Positions 9,334-18,989 of a DNA stretch of 64,000 nt are shown piece by piece; positions within the stretch are counted from its first letter, which is position 1; each line of letters opens with the position of its first letter. The position numbers and the translations under genes were made by a program. A model generated the notes under the pieces. It was not told the DNA's origin, did not search any database, and saw only the letters and a list, made by a program, of their open reading frames with translations. The stretch covers positions 1-64,000 of the forward strand of contig CAVTUQ010000002.1 in assembly GCA_963737905.1 (NCBI GenBank). The letters are read 5' to 3'. The DNA comes from an uncultured delta proteobacterium. Its GTDB lineage: Bacteria > Desulfobacterota > Binatia > UBA9968.

Positions 9334-9454
9334 AGAGCAATGAACATCGGCGAAATACCGATTTGAAAATCCTCTAAGGTACTCCTGTTGATTCCCGTTG
9401 TGATCGGGATAGTGATGTATTTCAAAATCCTCAACGTCTTTTGGAAGGTTCAAG

Positions 9455-9541
9455 TTATCGTCTGTTCAACCACACGTACAGCCAAAACAAGCCGATCACA
9501 ACAATGGCGACGATTAACATAGTTAGATCGGTGCTGTTCAT
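9455..9541 (-). CDS. Putative 28-aa single-TM membrane peptide
   Basis: Manual translation MNSTDLTMLIVAIVVIGLFWLYVWLNRR*: hydrophobic core with a basic C-terminus. Confidence 0.4.
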   Translation of the reverse strand: MNSTDLTMLIVAIVVIGLFWLYVWLNRR

Positions 9542-9690
9542 CTCAAAATATGCTAAGGGGTAGAGGCAGTCGTTTAAGGACTCACGCAAGTGTGTCTGCG
9601 GGTTAAACTTTTATCGCTCATTCGACTTAGGGAAATTGCCTTTTGTGCTGCTTGCCCGCTGAGTGAAGGATTGTCTCGCGAGACGCCAAG

Positions 9691-10161
9691 CTAATTCCTA
9701 GATTTGAGCGACCGCTCGACTTCGCGCTCGGCCATTTTTTTCCTGAGCGTTTCGCGCTTGTCATAAAGCTTCTTGCCCCGTGCCAGCCCCAGTTCAACCT
9801 TTGCCCTGCCGTTCTTGAAGTACAGTTTCAACGGAATGAGGGTCAGCCCGCGCTGTTTGGTCTTGCCGGCAAGCCGCTCGATTTCCCGCGCATGAAGAAG
9901 GAGCTTTCGTGCGCGGGTGGGCTCGTGGTTAAACTGATTGGCCCCCGGATAGGGACTCACGTGGGCGTTGACCAGAAAGGCTTCGCCCTTCTGAATGCGC
10001 GCATAACTGTCTTTGAGATTGGCCTTGCCGTCGCGGAGGGATTTAACCTCACTCCCTACGAGAACCAAGCCGGCTTCGTAGGTCTCGTCGATGAAGTAGT
10101 TGTGCCGCGCCTGCCGGTTAACGCAGACGATCTTCTCTCCGGCAGGCTTCTCCTTAGCCAT
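9691..10161 (-). CDS. smpB: SsrA-binding protein
   Basis: [38 protein letters not shown]. Confidence 0.97.
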   Translation of the reverse strand: MAKEKPAGEKIVCVNRQARHNYFIDETYEAGLVLVGSEVKSLRDGKANLKDSYARIQKGEAFLVNAHVSPYPGANQFNHEPTRARKLLLHAREIERLAGKTKQRGLTLIPLKLYFKNGRAKVELGLARGKKLYDKRETLRKKMAEREVERSLKSRN

Positions 10162-10807
10162 TGTTCCTGTTTTTATCGTCGGGTGTAATCAGCCCTCCGG
10201 AAGCGATGAGCTTCAGCGCCTCTTCCATGGTTATGCTCAGGGGTGCCACGTCGTTCGCCGGTACCAGAAGAAAGAATCCCGACGTTGGATTGGGCGTCGT
10301 AGGAATAAAGACATTAACGAGCGGAGCCTCATTGGTTTTTTCCAACTCGTGCCATGCCCGTCCCATTGCAAACCCGACTGTATAAACTCCCTTGCGTGGA
10401 TATTCAATCATCACCACCTGTCTGTTGGCCCCCGATTGTCCCAAGAAAGTCTGAACCAGTTTCTGCACGGCTGTATAGATACCCCGGAAAATCGGGATCT
10501 GAACGAAAATTCTGTCCCAGGCGGAGAGAAACCGGCGGGTGGCGACACCCCGGGTAAGAACGCCTAGAAAAAGAATCAATCCGATGGTAAAAACCGCGCC
10601 TAAGCCTGGAATCGCGAACGGCAAATAGGAGTTAGGGTGGAGTCGAGACGGCAGCACGTTCAACAACCCGTCCATGAGCCCGATCACCCAACCCAGAAAC
10701 CATAGGGTAATCACCACCGGCAGGAAAACCAACAGACCGGCCAGAAAGTACCTTTGTAAAATTTCCCGCACGTTGACCTTCATTCTCTTCTGCGTATCGT
10801 CCGCCAC
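10154..10807 (-). CDS. DUF502 family membrane protein
   Basis: [30 protein letters not shown]. Confidence 0.9.
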   Translation of the reverse strand: MADDTQKRMKVNVREILQRYFLAGLLVFLPVVITLWFLGWVIGLMDGLLNVLPSRLHPNSYLPFAIPGLGAVFTIGLILFLGVLTRGVATRRFLSAWDRIFVQIPIFRGIYTAVQKLVQTFLGQSGANRQVVMIEYPRKGVYTVGFAMGRAWHELEKTNEAPLVNVFIPTTPNPTSGFFLLVPANDVAPLSITMEEALKLIASGGLITPDDKNRNNG

Positions 10808-10820
10808 GTCTCCGTCTACT

Positions 10821-11666
10821 CTATGGTTTGAGGATCCGGTTGTCGATGAGCCGGGTCTTACCGATCCGCACGGCCAACGCCAGCAAAGCGGATCCCCGAA
10901 TCTCTTCTACCGGTTCGAGTGTAGCAGAATCACAAAGGGTAACATATTCCACTCTCGCCAGCGGCTCTTCTTCGATGCCTGCGCGGGCGGCTTCGGTAAT
11001 GACTCCCCTCCTGGTCTCCCCTCCCTTCACCATACAGGACGCTCGACTGAGAGACCGGGACAGGCACAATGCGGCTTGCCGTTCGCGGGGGCTTAGATAG
11101 ATGTTGCGCGAGCTCATGGCCAAACCATCCGGCTCGCGAACGATAGGATACCCGATGATCTCGATATCGAAATTCAGATCCCGCACGAGCCGTCGCACCA
11201 ACTGCAGCTGCTGGTAGTCTTTTTCGCCAAAGATCGCCACGTGGGGCCGGACGATATTGAAGAGCTTCGTAACGACCGTGGCGACGCCCCGAAAGTGGCC
11301 GGGTCGATGGGCGCCGCACAGAAGCGCGCTCAGGTTCTCCACATCCACATGAGTCTGGTAGCCCTCCGCATAGATCTCTCGTACCGAAGGATGAAACAGC
11401 ACGTCGACGTGCTCGCTTTCCAGCAGCCTTCGATCGCGCTCAAAGTCGCGTGGATAGGCGGCAAAGTCTTCATTGGGACTGAACTGCGCCGGGTTCACGA
11501 AAATGGAAACAACCACTCGATCGCCGCGCTTCTTCCCATCGCGCACGAGACTCAGATGCGCGTCATGAAGAAATCCCATGGTAGGAACGAAGGCGATGCG
11601 CCGCCCGTCGCGCCGCTCCGCCTCAGTCCAACGGCTCATCTGCCGAACGCTTTCAATGATCTGCAT
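10821..11666 (-). CDS. panC: Pantoate--beta-alanine ligase
   Basis: FVPTMGFLH, SIFVNP, RPGHFRGV, FGEKDYQQ, GLAMSSRN, RLIDN. Confidence 0.97.
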   Translation of the reverse strand: MQIIESVRQMSRWTEAERRDGRRIAFVPTMGFLHDAHLSLVRDGKKRGDRVVVSIFVNPAQFSPNEDFAAYPRDFERDRRLLESEHVDVLFHPSVREIYAEGYQTHVDVENLSALLCGAHRPGHFRGVATVVTKLFNIVRPHVAIFGEKDYQQLQLVRRLVRDLNFDIEIIGYPIVREPDGLAMSSRNIYLSPRERQAALCLSRSLSRASCMVKGGETRRGVITEAARAGIEEEPLARVEYVTLCDSATLEPVEEIRGSALLALAVRIGKTRLIDNRILKP

Positions 11667-11679
11667 AGGCAGGACAGCT

Positions 11680-11770
11680 GAATTGGAATGTTGGAGTACT
11701 GGAGTGTTGGTGTAATGGAGGATCGACGCACATCCCCATCACTCCCCTACTCCATCACTCCATTCACCCA
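11680..11770. repeat. Intergenic hairpin of degenerate tandem 8-mers
   Basis: (TGGAATGT)(TGGAGTAC)(TGGAGTGT)(TGGTGTAA) arm facing an ACTCCATC/ACTCCCCT/ACTCCATT arm, between panB and panC. Confidence 0.7.
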
Positions 11771-11773
11771 TCT

Positions 11774-12577
11774 TTACTTGAACGAATGCTCCTCGCCGGG
11801 AAATTTCCGCTCGCGAACATCAGCAATGAAACTTTTAACCGCCGCGGTCACTACCTCTTTCATATCGGCATACCGCTTCACGAACTTTGGCGTAAAATCA
11901 TCAAACAGCCCTAGCATGTCATGGATCACAAGCACCTGACCGTCACAATGCGGTCCTGCGCCAATGCCGATGGTGGGAATCGCCAGCCGCTCAGAGATCT
12001 CCTTGGCCAAGTCCAGAGGAATACCCTCCAACACAACGGCAAACGCACCGGCATCCTCCACCGCCAAAGCATCGCCCATGACCGCTTCCCTTTGCTCCCT
12101 GCTCTTCCCTTGGACCTTATAGCCGCCAAACCGGTGCACCGACTGTGGTGTGAGCCCGACGTGACCCATGACCGGGATGCCGATCTTGACGATGGCCTCG
12201 ATGGTAGCTTGGATCGCCAAACCGCCTTCGAGTTTCACCCCCTCGGCGCCGCCCTCTTGGAGCAGCCGCCCGGCATTGTGAATCGCCTGTTCCCGGCTTA
12301 TCTGGTAGGAGAGAAACGGCATGTCCCCGACCACCAGCGCCCGCTTTCGTCCCCGCACTACGGCGCGCGTGTGGTAGACCATCTCGTCCAAGGTAACCGG
12401 AAGGGTGTTTGCCTGCCCTTGAAAAACACAGCCCACCGAATCGCCGACCAACAGGATATCGACACCAGCCTGGTCCAGTATCCGCGCAAAGGAATAATCG
12501 TAAGCGGTGAGGCAAGCGATCTTTTCGCCCTGGTGCTTTTTTTTAGCGATATCCGGTACGGTGACCTTCTCTTCCAT
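11774..12577 (-). CDS. panB: 3-methyl-2-oxobutanoate hydroxymethyltransferase
   Basis: LTAYDY, LVGDS, GDMPF, VKLEGG, GHVGLTPQ; start MEEKVT at 12577 after RBS GGAGG. Confidence 0.97.
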   Translation of the reverse strand: MEEKVTVPDIAKKKHQGEKIACLTAYDYSFARILDQAGVDILLVGDSVGCVFQGQANTLPVTLDEMVYHTRAVVRGRKRALVVGDMPFLSYQISREQAIHNAGRLLQEGGAEGVKLEGGLAIQATIEAIVKIGIPVMGHVGLTPQSVHRFGGYKVQGKSREQREAVMGDALAVEDAGAFAVVLEGIPLDLAKEISERLAIPTIGIGAGPHCDGQVLVIHDMLGLFDDFTPKFVKRYADMKEVVTAAVKSFIADVRERKFPGEEHSFK

Positions 12578-12593
12578 GGATTCATCCTCCGCA

Positions 12594-12718
12594 AAACAGA
12601 AAAGCCTTCCGGACCGATCCGGAAGGCCAACAATAGCGAGTGGTGAACAACTTGAAACCACTCAAGCTAATCGCCTATTGGCATCCGTCTCAGTCCAGAT
12701 TATCTGGATCCAAGCGGT
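12594..12718 (-). promoter_or_regulatory. pan RNA-motif-like leader with intrinsic terminator upstream of panB
   Basis: Minus-strand stem CCG-CTTGG-A-TCCAGAT/ATCTGGA-CTGAG-A-CGG with two bulged As, followed by terminator GCCTTCCGGA-TCGG-TCCGGAAGGC-TTTTCTGTTTT. Confidence 0.7.
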
Positions 12719-13341
12719 ATATAATGTTGCGTCCCCAAACCCATGTTATTAATTTCCTTGATCAAGTCAGCCAGATCTTTGCTGCTCGCAACGAAATCAA
12801 TGTCAGAGGTATTCACCACCAGTAGGGGCGTCTCATCGTAATGGAAGAAAAACTGGTTGTACGCCCGCGCCACCTCTGAGAGGTATTCGAAGGTTACGCC
12901 ACGTTCGTATTTTTTATCCCTTTTTTTGACCCTTTTGTAAAGCACCTCGGGTCGAGCCTGGAGATAGACCACCAGGTCCGGCTTCGGCACCCTCGTATTC
13001 AGAAGCGCATAGATCTGCTGGTAAAGGTTCAGCTCCTCGTTGCTCAAGGTCAAGGTCGCGAAGATCTTGTCCTTGGCGAAAAGGTAGTCCGCAACGGTAT
13101 TTTGATTAAACAGGTCCTGCTGGCTGAGCTCCGTTTGCTGCTGATAGCGATTGAGTAAAAAGAAGGTCTGATTTTGAAAGGCGTAACTCTCTCGAGCCTG
13201 GTAAAACTTTGGAAGAAATGGATTTTCCTCCACTTTTTCAAAGACGGTCCGGGCCTGGAATTCGTTGGCCAGGAGTCTAGCCAAACTGGTTTTGCCCACC
13301 CCGATGGGCCCTTCGACGACTATATATTTGCTCTTCGTCAT
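12700..13341 (-). CDS. Deoxynucleoside kinase
   Basis: IVVEGPIGVGKT, ENPFL, PDLVVYLQA. Confidence 0.92.
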   Translation of the reverse strand: MTKSKYIVVEGPIGVGKTSLARLLANEFQARTVFEKVEENPFLPKFYQARESYAFQNQTFFLLNRYQQQTELSQQDLFNQNTVADYLFAKDKIFATLTLSNEELNLYQQIYALLNTRVPKPDLVVYLQARPEVLYKRVKKRDKKYERGVTFEYLSEVARAYNQFFFHYDETPLLVVNTSDIDFVASSKDLADLIKEINNMGLGTQHYIPLGSR

Positions 13342-13400
13342 CTGACGCGGCAAATTTACATAATGGACCTAAAATTGTCCAGGCTGTATTATAAACCCTG

Positions 13401-14483
13401 ATGATACCAACGCTAAGAGAAAAAATCGCCCAGATGTTCGTGGTCGGCGTCGCCGCTCAGAAACTCAGCGGCGAAGAACGGAGGGCGATGGAACATTTTT
13501 CCTTCGGTGGCTTTATTCTCTTTGGCCATAATTGTTGTGATCCCGCCCATATTCTTTCTTTGACGCGCGCTCTTTGGGACACCGGCAAAAGCTCGCCGCC
13601 GTTCATCGCCATCGATCAGGAAGGGGGAAGAGTTCATCGGCTTCCCAAACCGTTTACCCACTTTCCTCCTGCAGCGCGCCTCGGTGAAACCAGCGACCCC
13701 AAGCTCGCGTACAGGGTCGCCCGGGCCACCGCGGAAGAGCTCACCGCGGTGGGAATCAATCTCGATTTCGCGCCGGTGCTCGACGTCAACTCCAATCCGA
13801 CAAATCCCGTAATCGGCGACCGATCGTTCGCTTCCGACCCGCAAAAAGTGATTGCCCTCGGGGAGCAATGGATCCACGGCTTGCGCGACGGCGGGATTAT
13901 TCCCTGCGGCAAGCATTTTCCCGGTCACGGCGACACGGACAAAGACTCTCACCTCGATTTACCGGTGGTCGATCGGCCCCTGGAGGAACTGCAAAAGGTC
14001 GAACTTCCGCCGTTCGTCAATGCCTGTCGGAACGGCATCGAATCCTTGATGACCGCCCACGTCCTTTATCGCGCCCTTGACCTTAGACTTCCCGGGACCT
14101 TGTCGCGCAATATCGTTACGGGATTGTTAAGAGAGGAGTTGAATTACCACGGTGTCGTCTTCAGCGACGACATGAAAATGAAAGCCATCAGTGACCGCTA
14201 CGAGGAAGAAGACGCTGTTGCACTGTGCGTCCGCGCGGGTATCGATGTGATGCTCTTCTGTCACGAGCTGCCCAGAGCCATCCGTGCTTTCGACTTTCTG
14301 TGTACGGAGGTCGAAAAAGATGAGACGGTCCGGTCGCGGGTGGAAAACAGCTACAACAGAATAGCAAAGCTAAAGCGGGGCTATTTGAAAAGATTTACAG
14401 GTGTCACGGCCGGCCAATTGGAGAAACGGCTGGTCCGATGGAACCATCGACGGATCGTCGACGAAATTCAGGGCAACTTGTAA
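13401..14483 (+). CDS. nagZ: Beta-N-acetylhexosaminidase (GH3)
   Basis: AIDQEGGRV, FAPVLDV, KHFPGHG...DSH, SDDM. Confidence 0.92.
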   Translation: MIPTLREKIAQMFVVGVAAQKLSGEERRAMEHFSFGGFILFGHNCCDPAHILSLTRALWDTGKSSPPFIAIDQEGGRVHRLPKPFTHFPPAARLGETSDPKLAYRVARATAEELTAVGINLDFAPVLDVNSNPTNPVIGDRSFASDPQKVIALGEQWIHGLRDGGIIPCGKHFPGHGDTDKDSHLDLPVVDRPLEELQKVELPPFVNACRNGIESLMTAHVLYRALDLRLPGTLSRNIVTGLLREELNYHGVVFSDDMKMKAISDRYEEEDAVALCVRAGIDVMLFCHELPRAIRAFDFLCTEVEKDETVRSRVENSYNRIAKLKRGYLKRFTGVTAGQLEKRLVRWNHRRIVDEIQGNL

Positions 14484-15811
14484 GCGCTGTAGGCGATCAA
14501 CTTTTTGATGTCCTGTTGCAATTCCCCTCCCCATTTCTCCAACAGCACGTCCGCGGGACACTTGCCTTGAAAGAGCAGCGTTTTCAGGGAATTCAAATAG
14601 ATCGTTTCATCGTCACCCTGGCTATTGAGCGCCCTTTGGCGTCGCAATCCCTCCCAGGCGATCTGCAACAGTTCCTTCGCCAAGTCAAGGAGAGAATAAC
14701 GGCGGATACGCGCCGCCAGCGCATCTCGATGAGAATCAAGATACACTTGCATTCTCTCATCCCAGCTCCATCCCTTGACTAAGTCCCAAGCGGCTTGCAA
14801 ACAATCCGAGTCGTAAAAAGCTCCCTTGATTATCGCGGGCAAAGCCGGCATCAGTTCTGGTGGTTGGCTATCCGCCGAACGAACTTCGATATATCGTTTG
14901 ATCCGGGTCTCGGGGAAAAGAGTCGTCAGATGATCGTTCCAATCTTCGATGGTCGCACGCTCGCTATTATAGCCTCGCTCTAAGAATTGCCGGAAAGTCA
15001 TGCCGGTCATGTCGACATAGTCGTGATTCCGGATAATGAAATACATGGGCACGTCCAAAGCGTATTGGACGTAGTGATTGAAGGAAACGTCAGGCAAAAA
15101 GGCGAACTTGAGCAAACCGGATCGGTTCTTGTCCGTATCCGTCCAAATATGCTCGCGGAAACTGCGATAGCCATTGAGCTGCCCATCGCAGATCGGCGAG
15201 TTGGCAAACATTGCAATGAGAACCGGGGACAGTCCCATGCCAGTGCGAAACTTGACCATGGCGTCTTTTTCGTCGCTGTAATCGATATTGGCCTGCACCG
15301 TAGCGGTTTGTTTCATCATGCGCTGGCCGAGAGTCCCCACCTTGGGCATATACGGCCCCATGATGCGATAGCGTTTCTTGGGCACCCATTCGATCTCTTC
15401 CAACCGGCTCACCGGCTGCATACCCAAGCCCAGAAAAACCACATCCAGCGGTTCCGCAACCTCCAACAGCTCGCGAATATGCTGGGTGAATTCTTCATAA
15501 GTGCAGTGGATGCTATCGCAGGGCTCGCCGCTGAGTTCAATCTGCCCCCCGGGCTCCAGGGTAATTTGCGCGTTGGCGCGAGCCAGTGCGATGACGTGAC
15601 CGTCTTGTTCTTCCGGCTCCCATCCGAAACGTTCGCTCAGCCCCCGCAGAATAAATTCGACGCCCCGTGGCCCGGAATAGGGAATGGCTTTGCCCGTATT
15701 CCTGTCGATGCCGACCTTTTCGTACTCGGTTCCGACGCGCCAACGGTCGCGAGCTTTCCCCGCATCGTGGAAAAAACCTTCCAGTTCTTCTTTTTTTTCA
15801 ATGACTGACAT
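14468..15811 (-). CDS. gshA: Glutamate--cysteine ligase (GCS2, plant/alphaproteobacterial type)
   Basis: VGTEYEK, ITLEPGGQIELSG, TATVQANID, FANSP, HLTTLFPE, IEVRSAD. Confidence 0.9.
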   Translation of the reverse strand: MSVIEKKEELEGFFHDAGKARDRWRVGTEYEKVGIDRNTGKAIPYSGPRGVEFILRGLSERFGWEPEEQDGHVIALARANAQITLEPGGQIELSGEPCDSIHCTYEEFTQHIRELLEVAEPLDVVFLGLGMQPVSRLEEIEWVPKKRYRIMGPYMPKVGTLGQRMMKQTATVQANIDYSDEKDAMVKFRTGMGLSPVLIAMFANSPICDGQLNGYRSFREHIWTDTDKNRSGLLKFAFLPDVSFNHYVQYALDVPMYFIIRNHDYVDMTGMTFRQFLERGYNSERATIEDWNDHLTTLFPETRIKRYIEVRSADSQPPELMPALPAIIKGAFYDSDCLQAAWDLVKGWSWDERMQVYLDSHRDALAARIRRYSLLDLAKELLQIAWEGLRRQRALNSQGDDETIYLNSLKTLLFQGKCPADVLLEKWGGELQQDIKKLIAYSAYKLP

Positions 15812-16829
15812 GGCTGCGAATGTTCTTTTGATAAGGAGGACGGATTACTCCTTTTTCAGTGATAATTGCCGATACCAAATCTTGTGAGGTAACATCAAAT
15901 GCCGGATTGAATACTCTAGTGCCTTTGGGCGCAAGCGCCCGCCCGAACATATGAGATACCTCTTTTGGGTCCCTTTGCTCGATGGGGATATCTTTCCCGG
16001 ACGCACAGTCAAGGTCGATGGACGAAGTCGGCCCCGCCACATAAAATGGAATCCCGTGCCTTTTCGCCAGCACGGCGATGCCATAGGTTCCGATCTTGTT
16101 GGCCACGTCGCCATTGGCGGCGACCCGGTCGCAACCGACCACCACGGCATCGACCTTGCCCTTTTGCATCAAATAACCTGCCATATTGTCCGTCACTAAC
16201 GTGGCAGGGATTTTTTCCTTCTTGAGCTCCCAGGCGGTCAAGCGGGCGCCTTGAAGAAAAGGGCGTGTCTCGTTGACCCAGACTTCGACCTGTTTTCCAG
16301 ACTCCTTCAAGGCGCGAATAACGCCGAGGGCTGTTCCATACCCCGCCGTCGCCAACGCACCGGCATTGCAGTGTGTCATGACCTGTCGGGCATTACCCAA
16401 AAGACTCGCGCCGAATTTGCCTAACTGTTTGTTGGCGATGATATCCTCTTTGTAAATCTTTTGTGCTTCGCCTTTAAGCAGGCGCTTGACCTTTTCCACG
16501 CCCCGGCTCCGGTTGTCGGCGTAAACTTTGCGCATGCGTTCCAAGGCCCAGAACAAGTTTATCGCGGTGGGGCGGGTTTTTGAAAGCGTCAGTAAAATAC
16601 GTTCGAACTCGCGGTCAAAATTCTTCTGCCGAATTTCTGCCGCGCCGAGGGCTACGCCCATGGCCGCCGCCACGCCGATGGCAGGGGCGCCACGAATCAC
16701 CATCGCGCGAATGGCCTCAGCCACTTCTTGATAGTTGTGGCAGATTCGGTAGACCTCTTTGTGAGGCAACAACCGCTGATCGAGCATAATGACCCGGTCA
16801 TTCTTCCATTCGATCGTTTTTACAGCCAC
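15798..16829 (-). CDS. mtnA: S-methyl-5-thioribose-1-phosphate isomerase
   Basis: LDQRLLP, IRGAPAIG, RPTAINL, THCNAG, ETRPFLQGARLT, NKIGTY, NPAFDVT; likely GTG start at 16829. Confidence 0.95.
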   Translation of the reverse strand: MAVKTIEWKNDRVIMLDQRLLPHKEVYRICHNYQEVAEAIRAMVIRGAPAIGVAAAMGVALGAAEIRQKNFDREFERILLTLSKTRPTAINLFWALERMRKVYADNRSRGVEKVKRLLKGEAQKIYKEDIIANKQLGKFGASLLGNARQVMTHCNAGALATAGYGTALGVIRALKESGKQVEVWVNETRPFLQGARLTAWELKKEKIPATLVTDNMAGYLMQKGKVDAVVVGCDRVAANGDVANKIGTYGIAVLAKRHGIPFYVAGPTSSIDLDCASGKDIPIEQRDPKEVSHMFGRALAPKGTRVFNPAFDVTSQDLVSAIITEKGVIRPPYQKNIRSHVSH

Positions 16830-16953
16830 CGCAATGTTCCCATTTGAAAGGAGACCGAGTATATTAGGAGCGAAAAGCAAGCGTCAAGGCCCCGTGGTGG
16901 ATTTCTATCATCTGTTCGGCTATCTTTCCGGACTTCTTTTTATAAAATCCGAG

Positions 16954-17139
16954 ATGGACCCTGTGACCTTGGTTCGCACGGCCGCTCTCGTCCACATCCT
17001 GGATGCCATCCTCTGTCGCGTAATCGCAGGACAGAGCGGGCGGCAAAAACTTCCTTGGACAGTCGCGGGCTTGTTTCTTGGCATCTGGGCTTTAGGAACA
17101 TTGTTTTTGTTGCCGGCAAGAAAACCGAAGTATAATTAA
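16954..17139 (+). CDS. Small 2-TM hypothetical membrane protein
   Basis: MDPVTLVRTAALVHILDAILCRVIAGQSGRQKLPWTVAGLFLGIWALGTLFLLP. Confidence 0.65.
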   Translation: MDPVTLVRTAALVHILDAILCRVIAGQSGRQKLPWTVAGLFLGIWALGTLFLLPARKPKYN

Positions 17140-17145
17140 ACAGAT

Positions 17146-17536
17146 CTACTCGCCCTCAGCAACGACAAAGGCGAGTCCGTGCTGTGCCGTGTGCGTGATT
17201 GAAAGAGACCAACGCCGCATGCCTTGTTCTGCGGCGAGCCGCGCGGTCTTATCGTGCAAGACAATCTCCGGCTTGCCGCTACGCGCCCGTGCAACTTCGA
17301 TGTCGAGCCAAGATACTTTTGAACCCCAACCCCTTCCCAGCGCCTTCATCACGGCTTCTTTAGCGGCGAATCGCCCGGCATAGCTCTCATAACGTCCGCG
17401 GTCGTTTTTTTTCGCAGTATTGAATTTCATAGGCCGTAAAAACTCTATCACGAAAGCGTTTGCCGATCCGCGAGTCTTCCAAAGCTTTTTGAATGCGTTC
17501 GACTTCCACCATATCCACGCCAATGCTAAGCACCAT
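17146..17536 (-). CDS. acpS: Holo-ACP synthase, split by a 1-nt frameshift at ~17405
   Basis: N-terminal IGVDMVEVERI...RVFT..E in one frame; AGRFAAKEA...GKP...LSITH in the next frame; junction at an A8 run. Confidence 0.9.
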
Positions 17537-17728
17537 GCCACAAAGTTTGCCCCGCGTTGGACGGGCTGTCAATAAGACGGGCATCGCCCGCGGTTTCGCG
17601 CGGAACGAAGAGGATCCGCAGTCCCGGTCGAAGTCACTTTATCAGGTCGGCTCTAGTCAAAACCGGTGGCGCGGCTTACAGGGATTTGTTACCATGGTCG
17701 TCTCGACAAGAGGAGAGGAGCCCCTATC

Positions 17729-18913
17729 GTGCTTAGACGCATTTTTCTGTCCGGTTTGTTCATCTTTTCAATCTTGCTGCCGGCCACAGCCTGGGCGCAA
17801 AAAGGAACCATCAAGATTGCCGTTCAAGCGCCGCTTTCCGGAGAGCAAGCTGCTTTGGGCGAGCACGTGAAACTCGGGGCTCAGTTAGCGGTTGAGGAAG
17901 CCACCAAGTCGTTTAAGGCTCTAGGCTTTGATCTGGTGTTCGTGCCCTATGACGATCAAGCGAAACCCGAGGTCGGCGTCGCCAATGCGAGAAACATCGT
18001 CGCCGATCCAGACGTTCTGGTTTTAGTGGGCCATTTCAATTCGGGGGTGGCGCTCCCCTCTTCGGAGGTTTATAAGGATGCGATGCTAGCCATGATCTCG
18101 CCCGCCAATACAGCGACGGAAATCACCGATCGAGGGTACCCTAACGTCAATCGCGTCTGTGGGCGAGACGATGTTCAGGGCCCCGTGGGCGCCAGATTCG
18201 CGGCGCAGGATCTCAAGCTTAAATCCGTCTATATCATCCACGACAAAACCCTCTACGGCCAGGGAGTCGCCGATAACTTTCGCAACGAGGCCAACAAGCT
18301 AGGTTTGAAAGTCTTGGGTTATGACGGCACTGAAGAACGCGCTAATTTCGCTCCGATGATCATTCCCATGAAGGCGAAGAATCCAGACCTCGTCTATTTC
18401 GGCGGCATCTATCATCAGGGCGGACTGCTGCTCAAACAGATGCGCGAGAAGGGAGTGAATGCGGTTTTCATGGGGCCAGATGGTCTTGACTCGTCGGAGA
18501 TGGTCAAGATCGCCGGCGCCCAGGTTGTCGGCAGCTACTATACCACCGTGGCCGGCCCGCCGGATGCCTATCCGGAGAGCGCTGCCTTCGCCAAGAAATT
18601 TAAACAGCACTTCGGCAAAGAGGTCGAGTCTTTCGCCATGTATGGTTACGACGCAGCTTTGGTTGGAATTAAAGCCATGGAACAAGCGATCGAGTCAAAC
18701 GGAGGAAAGAAGCCTAGCCGCGCCGAAGTCTCTTCGGCGGTCAGGAAATTAAAGAACTTCAAAGGTGCTACCGGTTCTATTGCCTTCGACAATAAAGGCG
18801 ATCCGGTGAAAGCAAAATACTTCGTTCTGCAATTCGAAAAACGCAGCTATCCGGGTAAGGTGGTCAAGGTCATCGAACAGCAAGCTCCTCAAGCCTTGGT
18901 CAAAAAGTCCTAG
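17729..18913 (+). CDS. livK: Branched-chain amino acid ABC substrate-binding protein
   Basis: Signal peptide ending AWA, APLSG, GHFNSG, HDKTLYGQG; GTG start after AGGAGAGG. Confidence 0.88.
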   Translation: MLRRIFLSGLFIFSILLPATAWAQKGTIKIAVQAPLSGEQAALGEHVKLGAQLAVEEATKSFKALGFDLVFVPYDDQAKPEVGVANARNIVADPDVLVLVGHFNSGVALPSSEVYKDAMLAMISPANTATEITDRGYPNVNRVCGRDDVQGPVGARFAAQDLKLKSVYIIHDKTLYGQGVADNFRNEANKLGLKVLGYDGTEERANFAPMIIPMKAKNPDLVYFGGIYHQGGLLLKQMREKGVNAVFMGPDGLDSSEMVKIAGAQVVGSYYTTVAGPPDAYPESAAFAKKFKQHFGKEVESFAMYGYDAALVGIKAMEQAIESNGGKKPSRAEVSSAVRKLKNFKGATGSIAFDNKGDPVKAKYFVLQFEKRSYPGKVVKVIEQQAPQALVKKS

Positions 18914-18942
18914 GCTCAATCTCACTGTCATTGAAAAAATTT

Positions 18943-18976
18943 GCCAGCAGGTCCGGTCGGGCCCGCTGGCTTTTTT
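18943..18976 (+). terminator. Rho-independent terminator after livK
   Basis: GCCAGCAGGTCCG-GT-CGGGCCCGCTGGC followed by T6. Confidence 0.75.
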
Positions 18977-18989
18977 AGCCTATCCATCT

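Noticed and set aside
9340-9690. tmRNA expected next to smpB
   Set aside because: No GGGG..TTCGA 5' end or T-arm/CCA 3' end is recognisable.
11680-11770. Possible CRISPR array in the short-repeat regions
   Set aside because: Units are 7-8 bp with no unique spacers, and there are no cas genes.
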